Shown: piece by piece, positions 47,095 to 59,920 of the stretch
Layout: each line of letters starts with the position of its first letter
Position numbering within the stretch: position 1 is the stretch's first letter
Assembly: GCA_030390025.1 (NCBI GenBank)
Contig: CM059432.1
Location: 36,768,001-36,832,000, forward strand
Source: Squalus acanthias
Lineage: Eukaryota
DNA: 64,000 nucleotides
Direction of reading: 5' to 3'
Program-made: the position numbers and the translations under genes
The notes under the pieces: generated by a model
Seen by the model: only the letters and a program-made list of their open reading frames with translations
Told to the model about the DNA's origin: nothing
Databases searched by the model: none

Positions 47095-48790
47095 TTTGTC
47101 AAAAAAGTAAAAGCCCATGGGAACTAAGGGAAAGTGGCAAGTTGGATCCAAAATTGGCTCAGTGGCAGGAATCAAAAGGGAATGGTCGACAGGTGTTTTT
47201 GTGACTGGAAGGCTGATTCCAGTGGGGTTCCACAGGGCTCAGTACTAGGTCCCTTGCTTTTTGTGGTATATATCAATGATTTAGACTTCAATGTAGGGGG
47301 CATGATTAAGAAGTTTGCAGATGATACCAAAATTGGCCGTGTTGTTGATAATGAGGAAGCTAGTCGACAACAACAACGTGCGTGGATTCTTTAGCGCAGT
47401 CAAGACCATCTACGGCCCAAGCACCCAAGGCCCTACCCCACTGCGGGCCAAGAACGGAGAGGTACTCATCAAGGACAGAGAGGCAGTCAGTGCCCGCTGG
47501 AAGGAGCACTTCGAAGATCTCCTTAACCGAGACTCTGTCTTCGACGCGAGTGTCCTCAACTCCATCCCACAGCATGCTACCCGCCACCATCTCAGCACAA
47601 CCCCAGCCCGACATGAGGTTGAAAAGGCCATCCGACAACTGAAGAACAAGGTGGCCTCAGGAGCAGATGGAATCCCTGCCGAGGCACTAAAGCATGGCAG
47701 AGAAGCACTACTGGTGCGAATTCATGAACTCATTTCTCTTATATGGAAGGAGGAGAGCATGCCAGGGGATCTCAGAGATGCCGTAATTGTGACCATCTTC
47801 AAGAAAGGTGACAAGTCCGATTGCAGTAATTACAGAGGAGTTTCCCTGCTGTCTGCCACAGGGAAAGTCATCGCAAGAATCCTCCTCAATCGTCTTCTCC
47901 CAGTGGCCGAAGAGCTCCACCCAGAGTCGCAATGCGGATTCCGCCCACTAAGGGGCACAATGGACATGATCTTCACCGCACGTCAATTACAAGAGAAATG
48001 CAGGAAACAGCACCAACCGCTGTACATGGCCTTCTTTGATCTCACAAAGGCCTTCGACACTGTCAACCGTGAGGGATTATGGAGTGTCCTCCGCAAATTC
48101 GGCTGCCCTCAAAAGTTTGTCACCATCCTCCGCCAGCTTCACGACGACATGCAAGCCGTGATCCTGACCAACGGTTCCACCACAGACCCAATTCACGTAC
48201 GAACCGGGGTCAAGCAAGGCTGGGTCATCGCACCAACACTCTTCTCGATCTTCCTTGCTGCAATGCTCCATCTCACCCTCAGTAAGCTGCCCGCTGGAGT
48301 GGAGCTAATTTACAGAACTAACGGGAAACTGTTCAATCTCCGTCGCCTCCAGTCCAGATCCAAGGTTGTCCCATCCTCTGTCGTCGAATTACAGTATGCA
48401 GACGACGCTTGTGTCTGCGCTCACTCGGAGGTCGAACTCCAAACCATCGTCAACACCTTCACCGAAGTGTACGAGAGCATGGGCCTTACACTAAACATCT
48501 GTAAGACAAAGGTCGTCTACCAACCTGCCCCCGCCACACAGTACTGCTCCCCGATTATCAAAATCCACGACAAGGCCTTGGACAACGTGGACCACTTTCC
48601 ATACCTCGGGAGCCTACTGTCAACAAGGGCAGACGTCGATGACGAAGTCCAACACCGCCTTCAGTGTGCCAGTGCAGCCTTCGGTCGCCTGAGGAAGAGA
48701 GTGTTTGAAGACCAGGACCTCAAACCCGGCACTAAGCTCATGGTCTACAGAGCAGCAGTGATACCCGCCCTGCTGTATGCCTCAGAGACA

Positions 48791-49305
48791 TGATGCGGAG
48801 ATGCCGGTGTTGGACTGGGGTGGACAAAAGTGAGAAGTCGCACAACACCAGGTTATAGTCCAACAGTTTTATTTGAAATCACAAGCTTTCGGAGCCCTGC
48901 TCCTTCGTCAGGTAAAGTAAAGGAATACAAATCGACAAAGCACATATAGATAGAGAACAATGCATGTGTAGCGTACAATGGCAGACGACTACATTTAATC
49001 CTCCTGACTGCCTTTTGTCACACCTCGGCAGAGAAACAATCAGGTCAGCCAGGAAGGCACCACATCAAAGACATAGCAAGATACAACTGAGACAATGCGG
49101 TGGGGTTACAGGGGGTCTAATGTGTCAAAAGCTGCAGTCTGTATGGAAAACGATAAACTTTAAAATTTTTACTTTTTTTGACTGGAAATCACATCTGTGA
49201 ACAAGCCAACGACGACTCGAGTCTGGATGACTCTACGTCATGTATCGTGACATGAACCCTAGATCCCGGTTGAGGCCGTCCTCATGAGTGCAGAACTTGG
49301 CGGAA
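48791..49305 (-). mobile_element. Penelope family B 3' fragment inserted in the RTE ORF
   Basis: AKFCTHEDGLNRDLGFMSRYMT* then terminal region; TSD cagagacatg at 48783-48792 and 49306-49315 (last 2 nt overlap the element end). Confidence 0.9.
48879..48915 (-). ncRNA. Minimal type-I hammerhead ribozyme motif, intact (PLE family B)
   Basis: UUAC CUGACGA A GGAGC AGG GCUCC GAAA GCU U GUGA. Confidence 0.78.
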
Positions 49306-51374
49306 CAGAGACATGGACCATGTACAGCAGGCACCTCAAAGCACTGGAGAGGTACCACAAGATCCTGCAAATCCATTGGCAGGATAGACGCACCAACGTC
49401 AGTGTTCTCACTCAGGCCAACATCCCCAGCATCGAAGCTTTGACCACGCTCGATCAGCTCCGATGGACGGGTCACATCGTTCACATGCCCGATACAAGAC
49501 TATCAAAACAAGCGCTCTACTCGGAGCTCCGGCACGGCAAGAGAGCCCCAGGTGGGCAGAGGAAACGCTTCAATGACACCCTCAAAGCCTCCTTGAAAAA
49601 GTGTAACATCCCCACCGACACCTGGGAATCCCTGGCCCAAGACCGCACAAAGTGGAGGAGAAGCATCCGGGAAGGCGCCGAACACCTCGAGTCTCTTCGC
49701 CGGGAGCAAGCGGAAGCCAAGCGCAGGCAGCGCAAGGAGCGCACGTCAACCCAAGCACCCCACGCACCTGCCCCTTCAACCACCGTCTGCCCCACCTGTG
49801 ACAGAGACTGTAGGTCCCGCATTGGACTCATCAGTCACCTGAGAACTCATTTTTAATGTGGAAGCAAGTCATCCTCGGTTCCGAGGGACTGCCTAAGAAG
49901 AGTTGTAGACTGCAGGTCAGGTGGGCAGAAAAGTGGCAAATGGAATTCAATCCGGAGAAGTGTGAGGTAATGCATTTGGGGAGGGCTAACAAAGCAAGGG
50001 AATACACAATAAATGGTAGGATACTGAGAAATGTAGAGGAACAGAGGGACCTTGGAGTGCAAGACCACAGATCCCTGAAGGTAGCAGGACAGGCAGATAA
50101 GGTGGTTAAGAAGGCATACGGGATACTTTCCTTTATTAGCCGAGGCACAGAATATAAGAGCAGAAAGGTTATGCTAGAATTGTATAAAACACTAGTTAGG
50201 CCACAGCTAGAGTACTGCATACAATTCTGCTCACCACATTACAAGAAAGAAGTGATTGCACTAGAGCGGGTACAGAGGAGATTTATGAGGATGTTGCCAG
50301 AATTTTAGCTACGTGGAAAGATTGGATAGGCTGGGGTTGTTTTCTTTGGAACAGAGGAGGCTGAGGGGAGACTTAATTGAGGTGTATAAAATTATGAGGG
50401 GCCAAGATAGAGTGGATAGCAAGGACTTATTTCCCTTAGCAGAGAGGTCAATAACCAGGGGGCATAGATTTAAAGTAATTGGTAGAAGGATTAGTGGGGA
50501 GTTGAGGAGAACTTTTTTCCACCCAGAGGGTGGTGGGGGTCTGGAACTCACTGCCTGAAAGGGTGGTAGAGGCAGAAACACTCATCACATTTAAAGTACT
50601 TAATTATGCACTTGAAGTGAATTGCGGAACAGACTCAGGGGGGCTGAATGGCCTACTCCTGTTCCTATGAACCAGAATCTTAAGTCAACCTCCCTCTTTT
50701 TATTGGTGCACATTCGATGGAGGCACTTTTGCAACATTAAATGTAAATTAGAGGAAGCACCAAATGATTTGGCATCAAGACAAAGTGAACAGACATGGAT
50801 GCAAACTACCAGACGAAAATTAAAATCATTGTAGAAATCCAGCTTGTGTTTGCAGTTGATGAAAGTAGTGTCTGATTATGATACGGTAATAAGAATGTAA
50901 ATTTTGTATAAAGTGGGGGGAAAAGGCAAGAGCGTGCTGACATAGAACTACAGAAGCCATCTGGCCCATGTTGTCTGTGCTGGCTCTTCCCTCGAGTAAT
51001 TAAAAACACATCACACTGCATTGCTCTCTCCCCATAGTCTTGAACCTTTCCCTGCTTCAGAATGTAACTACTCTTTCGTTAAAAGACACAACCATCTCAG
51101 TTGAATGAAAGTTAATAACTGCCAACATTTAAAGTCATGTACAAGAGCATTTCCATCTCCCTCCTGCAGACATGGCATCAAAGTGGTGCCCAAAAACACA
51201 CTGAATGTCATGCCTGGAACATATTGGCTAAAGGAGAACAGCATACCCCTGCCACACCACACATCTAAGTTTCTGAACCAACACTGAAATGTACAACCAT
51301 TTAAATAGCTGGAGTTCTCCTGTAATGGGGAAAAATAATGAAACTACTGCTCCTGCGTCAACCTCTGCACCTAC

Positions 51375-51516
51375 CTTGTTGGCACGGATCTGTCTGTATA
51401 TGTCTGTCTGCTGCCTTATTCGGTATTCCAGGTCGGAGACCTGAGCTTGCAACCATGTCCAACGGTTGACAATCGCTGCCCTTTCTGTGGCCCATCTCCA
51501 CTCTGATCGGCGTTGT
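51375..51516 (-). CDS. KANSL1L: KANSL1-family internal exon A (coiled-coil region)
   Basis: 142 nt, cacacag|A...AACAAG|gtaggt. Encodes [47 protein letters not shown], near-identical to recalled human KANSL1 ([30 protein letters not shown]). Family assignment is secure; the paralogue symbol is less so. Confidence 0.93.
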
Positions 51517-53321
51517 CTGTGTGAACAAATGTAAATGTCAGGACTTCTGTGGGAATAAATGCATGACATATCTTGAATATTAGTTTCAAGTAGATTAGCA
51601 CAAATGTCAAAAAACATTACAGTTGTTATAACAGAGACCAAAAAAGGTACAATACAACACAGGGTTCTATCATGGTAAGATAAACGGCAAAACAGGGGGG
51701 CGCAGGTTGAAGATTCATTCACGATCTTTTACTATGGAAGCTCCCCTCCCACTCTATTGGAATATGCATATTCTAGAAGATTCGATATTCTGTGATATGG
51801 GAAATGGAGTGAGGAAGGAACAACAAAGGAATTGCAGATAGCTCTTAGGATACATATGAGGAGCTTGCCTCCGTTTTTTTTTAAATGTGAGGTGGATATC
51901 TAAGCATACATCAGGTTCCACATGACAAGACAACAAATTTTGAAGCAACTTTTAAAAATTATTCATTCTCAGCTTGAGTGTCTCCGGCAAAGCCTGCATT
52001 TATTGCCCATCCCTAGTTGCACTGATTTGATCCAGAGTGGCTTGTTAGGCCATTGCAAAGTACAGTTAAGAGTTGATTGCCATCACAGTGTACAACAATA
52101 TTAAATACCCTCTCATCCCTTCCCCGCCCTCGAGCAGCAAAGCCTGGTGTCTCTGTGTACTTGCATGTGACAGACAAGGAGAAGAGCCCATATTTCAGTG
52201 CTTGGTATCAACACCCACTAAAATGTTGGGCATGAAAACACACACAGGTATAACCTCACATACTAGCCTTCAGCAGTTGCACAACGTTTCATCAGTACAA
52301 TCTGACCTTCACCATCCACTAACGGATGCTGGAGTGTGCCATCAACCTGCCAATTCACAACAGGGTCTAAAGCTGAAGGACAAGTTGGAAGGTCAGCTGC
52401 ATCAACCTTTCAGTCTTCCCCTGCCCTGCCGTCGTGCCCCCGCCCACCCCACCCCCCGAGAGATTCAGGAGCACACTGAACTCATTATAGTTAACACAAA
52501 GGGCAACTTACAAGCTGTCCCCCCCCCCCCCCCCGCCCCCCCGCCCCTCCACTCTGTTGTTAGTTTCTGGCGCTTGAGGCTACAGTGCCCCACAGTAACA
52601 GCATAGCAAGATCGTATACCAAAGTTGTACTGTTCAGTCAATGGGATGTTAATATCCACAGGACGAAATTAAACCTTTTTTACATCGACACATCAAACGC
52701 TTCACTTTAACTGTTATCTCTATTTTGCTAGCACACCAGAGAAAATTTTGCACCAAACAATTGTTTCCCTGGCAACCAGGCTGCCACCAAAAGATCCCTG
52801 CAATCAAAGCCACAGCAAGAACAGAACTTCATTTTTTGGTGGTTTGAAAAGAGCTACAGTTTCTGTGATGCCACCACATCCTTACTCTGTGGTATTTTGC
52901 TCTCATCTTTACTATTTATTGATCTACTTTAAGCTCGAAAATGTACTTATTTATGCTTTTAGGCCGTGAACAGAAAACACATAAATGTGTATTTATTTTG
53001 CTGGTTAAGTGCGAGTTCCCAGCAGGCATAATACAGAATTGACATTTTCTGAGTTGAGTAACTCAGCAGAAAGCCCAATGGCTCAGTAAATAGAGGGAGC
53101 TCAGCCACGGAGAACAGAATGTTCCGGGTTTGAAACCTGATCTGCGTGGAGTTCAATAATCTCAGTTGGGGTCTAGCTCCAGGGAAGTTGGCTGACCTCC
53201 TTTAATTTCCACTTGTGCCCAATTCTTCTTTGTGGGTGTCAGCAGGTAATTCGATTGTGGGTTGGGGGGCCATCACAGCTAAACACAATCCCACTCTCAC
53301 CTGTTTCTAGTGGCAGAAGGG

Positions 53322-53616
53322 TCGGTAACCAGAGGACACAGATTTAAGGTGATTGGCAAAAGAATCAGAGGTGACAGGAGGAAACATTTTTTTACACAGC
53401 GAGTTGTTGAGATCTGGAATGCACTGCCTGAAAGGGTAGTGAAAGCAGATTCAATATGAACATTCAAAAGAGAATTGGATAAATACTTGAAGGGAAAAAA
53501 ATTACAGGGCTATTGGGAAAGAGCAAGGGGGTGGAATTAATTGGATAGCTCTACCAGAGAGCCAGCACAGGCACGATGGACCGAATGGCTTCCTTCTGTG
53601 CAGTATGATACTATGA
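53322..53616 (+). mobile_element. CR1 3' end fragment
   Basis: accagaggacacagatttaagg...tggaatgcactgcctgaaagg...ccgaatggcttccttctgtg. Confidence 0.85.
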
Positions 53617-54882
53617 AATGCACCTATGTGCCCTTTCCAGCAGGAGCTAATGGACAACGATCTGGAAACATGTCCAAGATCAGGTAAATTGGCACAGATC
53701 AGGAATCAAACCTGGGGCCTTGTGATCTGTACAGCTTGGTGTTACACTGGATGGCATATTCACCCACTTGGCTGTTGAGGGAGCTAACTGCCTGACTTTT
53801 GTAACTGAAGATTTTTGGTGCCAACTTCAATCAAGCACCCCTCTTGGAAGATGCATATGATCATTCAAGGCGTACTGCTTCTGGTCTCAAGGATCCGAAC
53901 TTCACAGGGGCTGATTAAATCAGACTGATGTGGGAAGTATTAGATCAAAGCTATGACACACAGCCTATAGGCACCTGCAGGAGGTACTGAGCAGAAAGTG
54001 AGGCATTTTCCCAGGAGGGACAGGGAAAAACTGCATGGCAAGTCTCACACAGCTGATTTGAAATCAGCAACATAAGAAGCTTCTGAACAGGTCATCCAGC
54101 CTCCTTAAGTGTGAATGGCGCAGTGCAGAGGGAAGGGAAAACCCCCCAAAAAACCCTCTGTGGCAAAGTGCAACCCTCCCCACAATAAACACGTGACTGA
54201 AGCACATGTGGGACATATCAGAAAGTAATGTTCATCCTCTGCCTGGAACTGCAGAAATACCATAACTGTCGGGGGCCCCTTTTTGGAGGTTCACTCAGCA
54301 CAAACCACTCCCTCTCATGGCACAGTAACCTATACACTGATCATGAATGCTAACGATCCCAACCAACATAACCATTCGTATGCAGGGTCTCCCACCAGGC
54401 ATAATTATTCCCCAGAAACCAAGGCCCAAGTTGCCACAACCTCTTGACTTCCATTGCTTCCAGTGTTAAGTCGTTATGCCAAGTTTCATTGTATTCGTCC
54501 TGAAAGCACCATGCAACTAAAATGTACAATGGCTTCACATATGTGAATTCAGTTTTGAGAGAAGAATGCAATTGAAAAAAAACCAACTATAACTTGGAGA
54601 GAAATACAATTGCATTTGCTGTCTTTACACATCCAGGTCACCCCCCAGGAGCTGGGCTTGAATCCAGCGAAGACTGATGGAATGATGACCTCTTCCCTCT
54701 GCTGGTTGTAAGCCTGAAATAAGTTTGAACAGTTTTATGCCTGATCCCAGGTGGCATGGGGTAACAACAAAGTTCACTGTAGTATAAATGCATGAGCTTC
54801 TGACCTGTATTGGTACAAAGGCAATGTTCAGTTATTTTTAAAACAAACACTCTAGGATAGATTATTATTCCTCTAATTGTCC

Positions 54883-55700
54883 TGCTGGTGAAATCGGCAG
54901 ACACATGGCAGATGGAATTTGATGCAGGGAAGTGTGAAGTGATGCATTGTGGAAGGAAGAATAAGGAGAGACAATATAAATTAAATGGTAGCATTTTAGA
55001 GGAGTGCAGGAACAGAGAGCCCTGGGGATCTGTGTACACAAACCTTTGAAGGTGGCAGGAGAAGTTGAGAAGGCTGTTAAAAAGACACACGGAATCGTGG
55101 GCTTGAAAATTAAAGGGATAGAGTACAAAAGCAAGGAAGTTATGTTAAACCTTTAAAAAACACTTTTAGGCCTGAGCTGGACTAGTGTGTCCAATTCTAG
55201 GCACCAGACTTTTAGGAAGGATGTCAAGGCCTTGGAAAGGGTGCAGCGGAGATTTACTAGAATGGTACCAGGGATGAGGGACTTCAGTTATGTGGAGAAA
55301 CTGGAGTTGTTCTCCTGAGAGCAGAGAAGGTTAAAGGGAGATTTAATAGAGGTGTTCAAAATCATGAAGGGTTTTGATAGTCAGTAAGGAGAAACTGCTT
55401 CCAGTGGCAGAAGGGCTGGTAACCAGAGGACACAGATTTAAGGTAATTAGCAAAGAGCCAGAGGGGAGCTGAGGAGAATTCTTTTTATGCAGCAAGTTGT
55501 TGTGATCTGGAATGCACTGCCTGAAAGGGTGGTGGAAGCAGATTCAATAGTAACTTTCAAAAGGGAATTGGATATATACTTGAAAAGGAAAAACTTGCAA
55601 AGCTATGGGAAAAGAGTGTGGTACTAATTGGACAGTTCTTTCAAAGAGCCAACACATGCGTGATGGGTTGAATGGCCTCCTTCTGTGCTGTATGATTCAA
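54883..55700 (+). mobile_element. CR1 3' fragment, degraded
   Basis: ADTWQMEFDAGKCEVMH and downstream CR1 ORF2 end plus 3' UTR. Confidence 0.88.
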
Positions 55701-58464
55701 GATGTTTAAAACTTACGATTTTGGATTTCTGGATAAAGTGCTCAATAATTATTCAAGTACATACCCAGGTAATGGTCAGATGTGGGCACGTGTACAATTT
55801 CATAACTGAAGCAAGGTCATGGAGAAGCAGGCAAAAATTTAAATCGTGGAGTGGCACTGGACAAAAAAGAAAATTACAAACGTCAATGACGTAGCTTTGC
55901 TGATAGTGGGTAAACCGTGCGGTGTGGCACTGAGCCGTACAGACCCAAGGTCCCAGTTCAATCCTGGCCTGTCGAGTTAACTGATCTCAGTTCAGATGCT
56001 ACAATAGGCCTTAAAGCCATTGGGCTAGGAAAGACTAGTCGCCCCTTTCCCGAGTGAAAACTCAGAAAATAATTCCCTTAAAAGTTACATACAACGAGGT
56101 CAGAGCTCCAGAGACCATGGAAAGTCCAGGTTATAAGAGCCAGTTACATGACGTGATTGTGAAGTGACTCAATTACTACTGACTTTAAAAAAATAATTCT
56201 CGTAGTTAACTTGGTAAATGACACAACAGCAGAGAAATACTTGAAATATTCTGAAAACTAGGTGATTATTAAGTGGCAGATTTTATTGCCAGTCACCATA
56301 ATTTCTGGATTCACATGTAGCAAATCACCAGAATTAGGAATTCTGAGATTTGTCACATCATTTTCAAACATAAACCAAAATATTATTGCAATCCATATTG
56401 GGCAACAGGCCAAATTACTCTTTTTCAAAACAACAACCACTTCTAAGTTGACAGAATGGCCCAAGTGGGTACAGTGTGTCACAATGTGACGCTGGGCCAC
56501 ACAGAGCAGGGAAATCCCAGTCTGTGCTGAGTTAGTTAACTTCAGCAATGGTGGCACCAGTTTGCTAAGGCAAAAAACAAAACTCTCAAGTCATTGTTGC
56601 TAAGTGCAAAGTGATGCAACTAGAGATGTGGAACTAACACTGGAACTATGCACTAAATGGTGTTAGTCTACAAGATATAGAACTGGAAAAGGATATGATT
56701 TAAACAGTCTGCATAGTCTGTGCAGCACTGGAAAATAAGACAGACAGGACAATGGGCTGTATAGCATATGCTAAACATACTGAGCCTTCACAGGGCATTG
56801 ATTCGCTCAACTCCAGTTGCTGTATTACAGGAAGGACATGATGCCACATCAAAAGGGCTCCCCATCAGACACCTAGCATCAGGCACCTGAACTAAGGAGA
56901 AACTACATAAGGTGAGTTTGTTTACACTACAGAAGACTTAGAGGGGATTTTATTGAGGTGTTCAAGATCATTAAAGATACCAACAAGCCTAATCTTGTGA
57001 AACTACTTATCATAACCCTGAGAACGACCATGAAGGGGCTTGGCTTGAAGTTCAAAAGAGGCCAGGGGAATGGACAGATTATAACTGAGGTTTAGAATGA
57101 ACTGTCCAGGGAGGCAATCAAGGCTGATAACACAGCACTTGGCAAGAAAACCATTTTTTTTCTATTAACTGCACGTGGGTGTCACTGGCAAGGCCTCATT
57201 TATTCATTCGATACTTGATGCTGGACAAACAGTGGATAGCATGGAGGCAGTCGGGCATCAGGCAAAATTGAGAAGAGTTAGACTGAGTATTATCAGTGTA
57301 CATGTGAAAGCTGACCTCGTGCTGATGCTGTCAAAGGGCAGCATGTAGGGGATGGGGCAACTGGAGATCCTTGGGGTGACCCTGCAGGTGATGGGAAGAG
57401 AAGCCATTGCTAGAGATATACTGGCTGCACTTGGATAGATAGGAATGGAATTATGCTAAGCAAGTCCCATGGAGCTAGATAGTGGAAGAGAGTTATTGGA
57501 GGAGGATGGCATGGTCAACTTGTATTGAGCACTGCAGAAAGGCGAGAGAGATTCGAGGAGTTACAACACTAGTTACAATCACAAACTATGCCATTCATGA
57601 CTTTTCTGTGAAAAGGGTGGAAGCTGGATTGAAGGGATTTAAACAAGGAATTTCTAGAGAGATGTGCACAGACCTGGGAGACAACATGGTGGAGGGTAAA
57701 TGCCGATACACTGGTTGGGCCAAAAAGCCAGTTTCTGGTGTTGTCACTTCGATGTATTTCTATGTATGTATTCTCCCTCCCTTGTTGCCCCTCTGGAACC
57801 TCTGCAGCCCTTATGGTGATGGTGCTCTTATACTGGCATTTGTCAGGGAATTCCAAGATCTTGATCCAGCAATATATGTCCAAGCCAGGATGGTCTATCA
57901 CTTGTTAGGGAACTTGGAGCTGATGGTGTTGAAGGATACAGATGGTAAAATGTCTACCCTGTTTTTGAACTCTGTCCTGCAGAATCCTATGTTGCAAGGA
58001 TTCCTTTTCCTGATCACTATTCAACAACTGATACCAGAAAATGCACGTGTATATAGCGGAGGAGATCAGCTATGACGCCCTCTGTGATTGAATAACCCGA
58101 TGATGCTCACCATCCAGGCTCGTACATGAAGAACTGTCACTGTCAGCTACTTTTGGACTCAGACCATTGCTGAAGTCACTGCTTTTGAGGGGGAATGGGA
58201 GAAAATGGGGGGGGGGGGGGGGGGGGGGGGAGAGAGCGGGGTATGTATATCTGGTGCCATCGACAGAATCAGGTAGCAAGAGACTTTTTTTGCGAATAGT
58301 TACTAAGTCAGGGAGATAAGAAAAGGTAATTCAGCCCACTGATCCCCACTTCTCTAGAATATTAACTCCCCCACCATGGCAACAAATTGTATTCTGAATT
58401 ATATCAGGGTAAAGTAAAGGAAACAGTGATATAAGTACAGGATACAATGCTGTAATTGTCATGG

Positions 58465-58775
58465 ATGAGAACTGAAGTTTGAGCCACTGGGGAATCGGGA
58501 AGCAATGTATGTGAGCAATGACAGGGGTGATGGGCGACTTGGTCTTGGTGCAAGATATGATACAAGCATCACAGTTGTGGATTATGGAGGGTGGATGATA
58601 GGAGGCTGGCATGAGAATAGTTGCGTGTGCAGCTAATAAAAGCACAGATGAGTTTCAGTAGCCGAGGTAGAGCCAGAGGTGGGTGATGGTATGGAAGTGG
58701 AAGTAGGCGGTCTTTGTGGTGGAGAGGAAATGGGTTAGGGAGCTCAGTTCAGGGTTGAATAGGACGCTGAGGTGA
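58465..58775 (-). mobile_element. L2 LINE fragment
   Basis: Minus strand ACIISCTKTKSPITPVIAHIHCFPIPQWLK resembles the L2 C-terminus. Confidence 0.7.
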
Positions 58776-58999
58776 CTGACAAAATAAATCCAATGTTATT
58801 GCTTCTTTTACCTTGCTTCGTGCATCATTCCAAAGATTTAGCAGTAGCTAAGATCATTTCATAAAATGTAGTGCTGTCAATGCACCACTCATTGTGGTGC
58901 TGAGCTGTACAGACTCAAAAAGCCTATGGCAGTTCAGTCAAACATTTGGCTCTGTATTTGGGGTCAGTGCACCTTGAACAAGGAGGACCAAAAATAATG

Positions 59000-59920
59000 G
59001 AACTATAGAACTTGAAAGCACAAGAGGCAGCCATTCGGCCCACTGTGTCTGTGCTAGAGCAATCTACAACTAACTCCACTGCCCTGGATCATCATCTGCT
59101 TTACATATTTATCTACTTTTCTCTTAGAAGATGCAATCATTACAGTCTCAACCACTCCCTGTAGCAAAACATTCCATGCTCCAACAACCCAATGCAGAAA
59201 TTAATTTTTCCTAACTGCTCTCCACACTTTCAATGATCATTTTAAATGAACAACTCTTGTCACTGACTCTCTAATCAGAGGAAACAGCCTTTCCCTATTC
59301 ACGCCATCAAAATGCTTATTAATCTTAAAATCTTCTCTGCTCCAGTGCAAATAATCTCAGTATCTCAAGTATCTCCTCTTAACTATATCTCCCAGCTTGG
59401 TGAATTTATGTTGCTCCCTATGGCTTTAATGTTCTTTCTATAATAGGGCACCCAAAACTGCAAACTACTCTAACTGTGACCAAAGTGATATTTTCTATAA
59501 AATCATGACTTCTTCACCTTTTTATAAACCCCAAAAATTCTATTGGGCCTTTTTAATGGCTTTATATACCTACACTCGCTCTTTCATGGAATTATGTCTT
59601 TGAACACACAGGTCTCAATTTATTCAAACTCGTCCATGTTTTCCCGTCAAGTATATACTCCCATTCCTTGTTTTCTTTTCCTCCCAAATTGTATTAGCTC
59701 ACACTTAAGATACATTAAATTACATCTGCTACCTGCCTGCCCACTTTGCTAATTTGTCTACATCTTCTTCAAATCTTTTACAGTGTTCCTCACTGTTTGC
59801 CGAACCTCCCACTTTGGTGTTGTCAGCAAATTTTGAGATTGTTTTCCCTATACCAGAGTCCAATATTCCTCATATATCAAGAACAGAAGTTCTTAACTCT
59901 TGGGGTACACCTGAATTTAC
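59000..59920 (-). mobile_element. Old CR1 fragment
   Basis: Plus strand actttggtgttgtcagcaaatt (minus KFADNTK) and CR1-type 3' UTR near 59000-59100. Confidence 0.7.

Larger units (their letters stand above)
47363..49901 (+). mobile_element. RTE-clade LINE, 5'-truncated, young
   Basis: Long open frame with NYRGVSLLS, PESQCGFR, DLTKAFD, GVKQG, QYADD, FPYLGS and LYASET|WTMY; C-terminal C2H2 motif CPTCDRDCRSRIGLISHLRTH; short aag-repeat tail; GC-richer than its flanks. Confidence 0.93.
42630..50670 (+). mobile_element. CR1 LINE host fragmented by nested insertions
   Basis: Collinear pieces: ORF1/EN 42630-43765, EN 45092-45310, RT 45784-46253, RT 47095-47362, RT end and 3' UTR 49900-50670. Confidence 0.85.

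Noticed and set aside
52073..52606. 177-aa ORF with a poly-proline tract
   Set aside because: Prolines come from a poly-C run; non-ATG start, no recognisable homology, antisense to the host intron.
57482..58075. 197-aa plus-strand ORF
   Set aside because: Reads through antisense remnants of L2 and other LINE fragments; no domain or splice support.
58205..58230. Long poly-G run as a functional G-quadruplex
   Set aside because: Simple homopolymer with no supporting context; its length may be unreliable.
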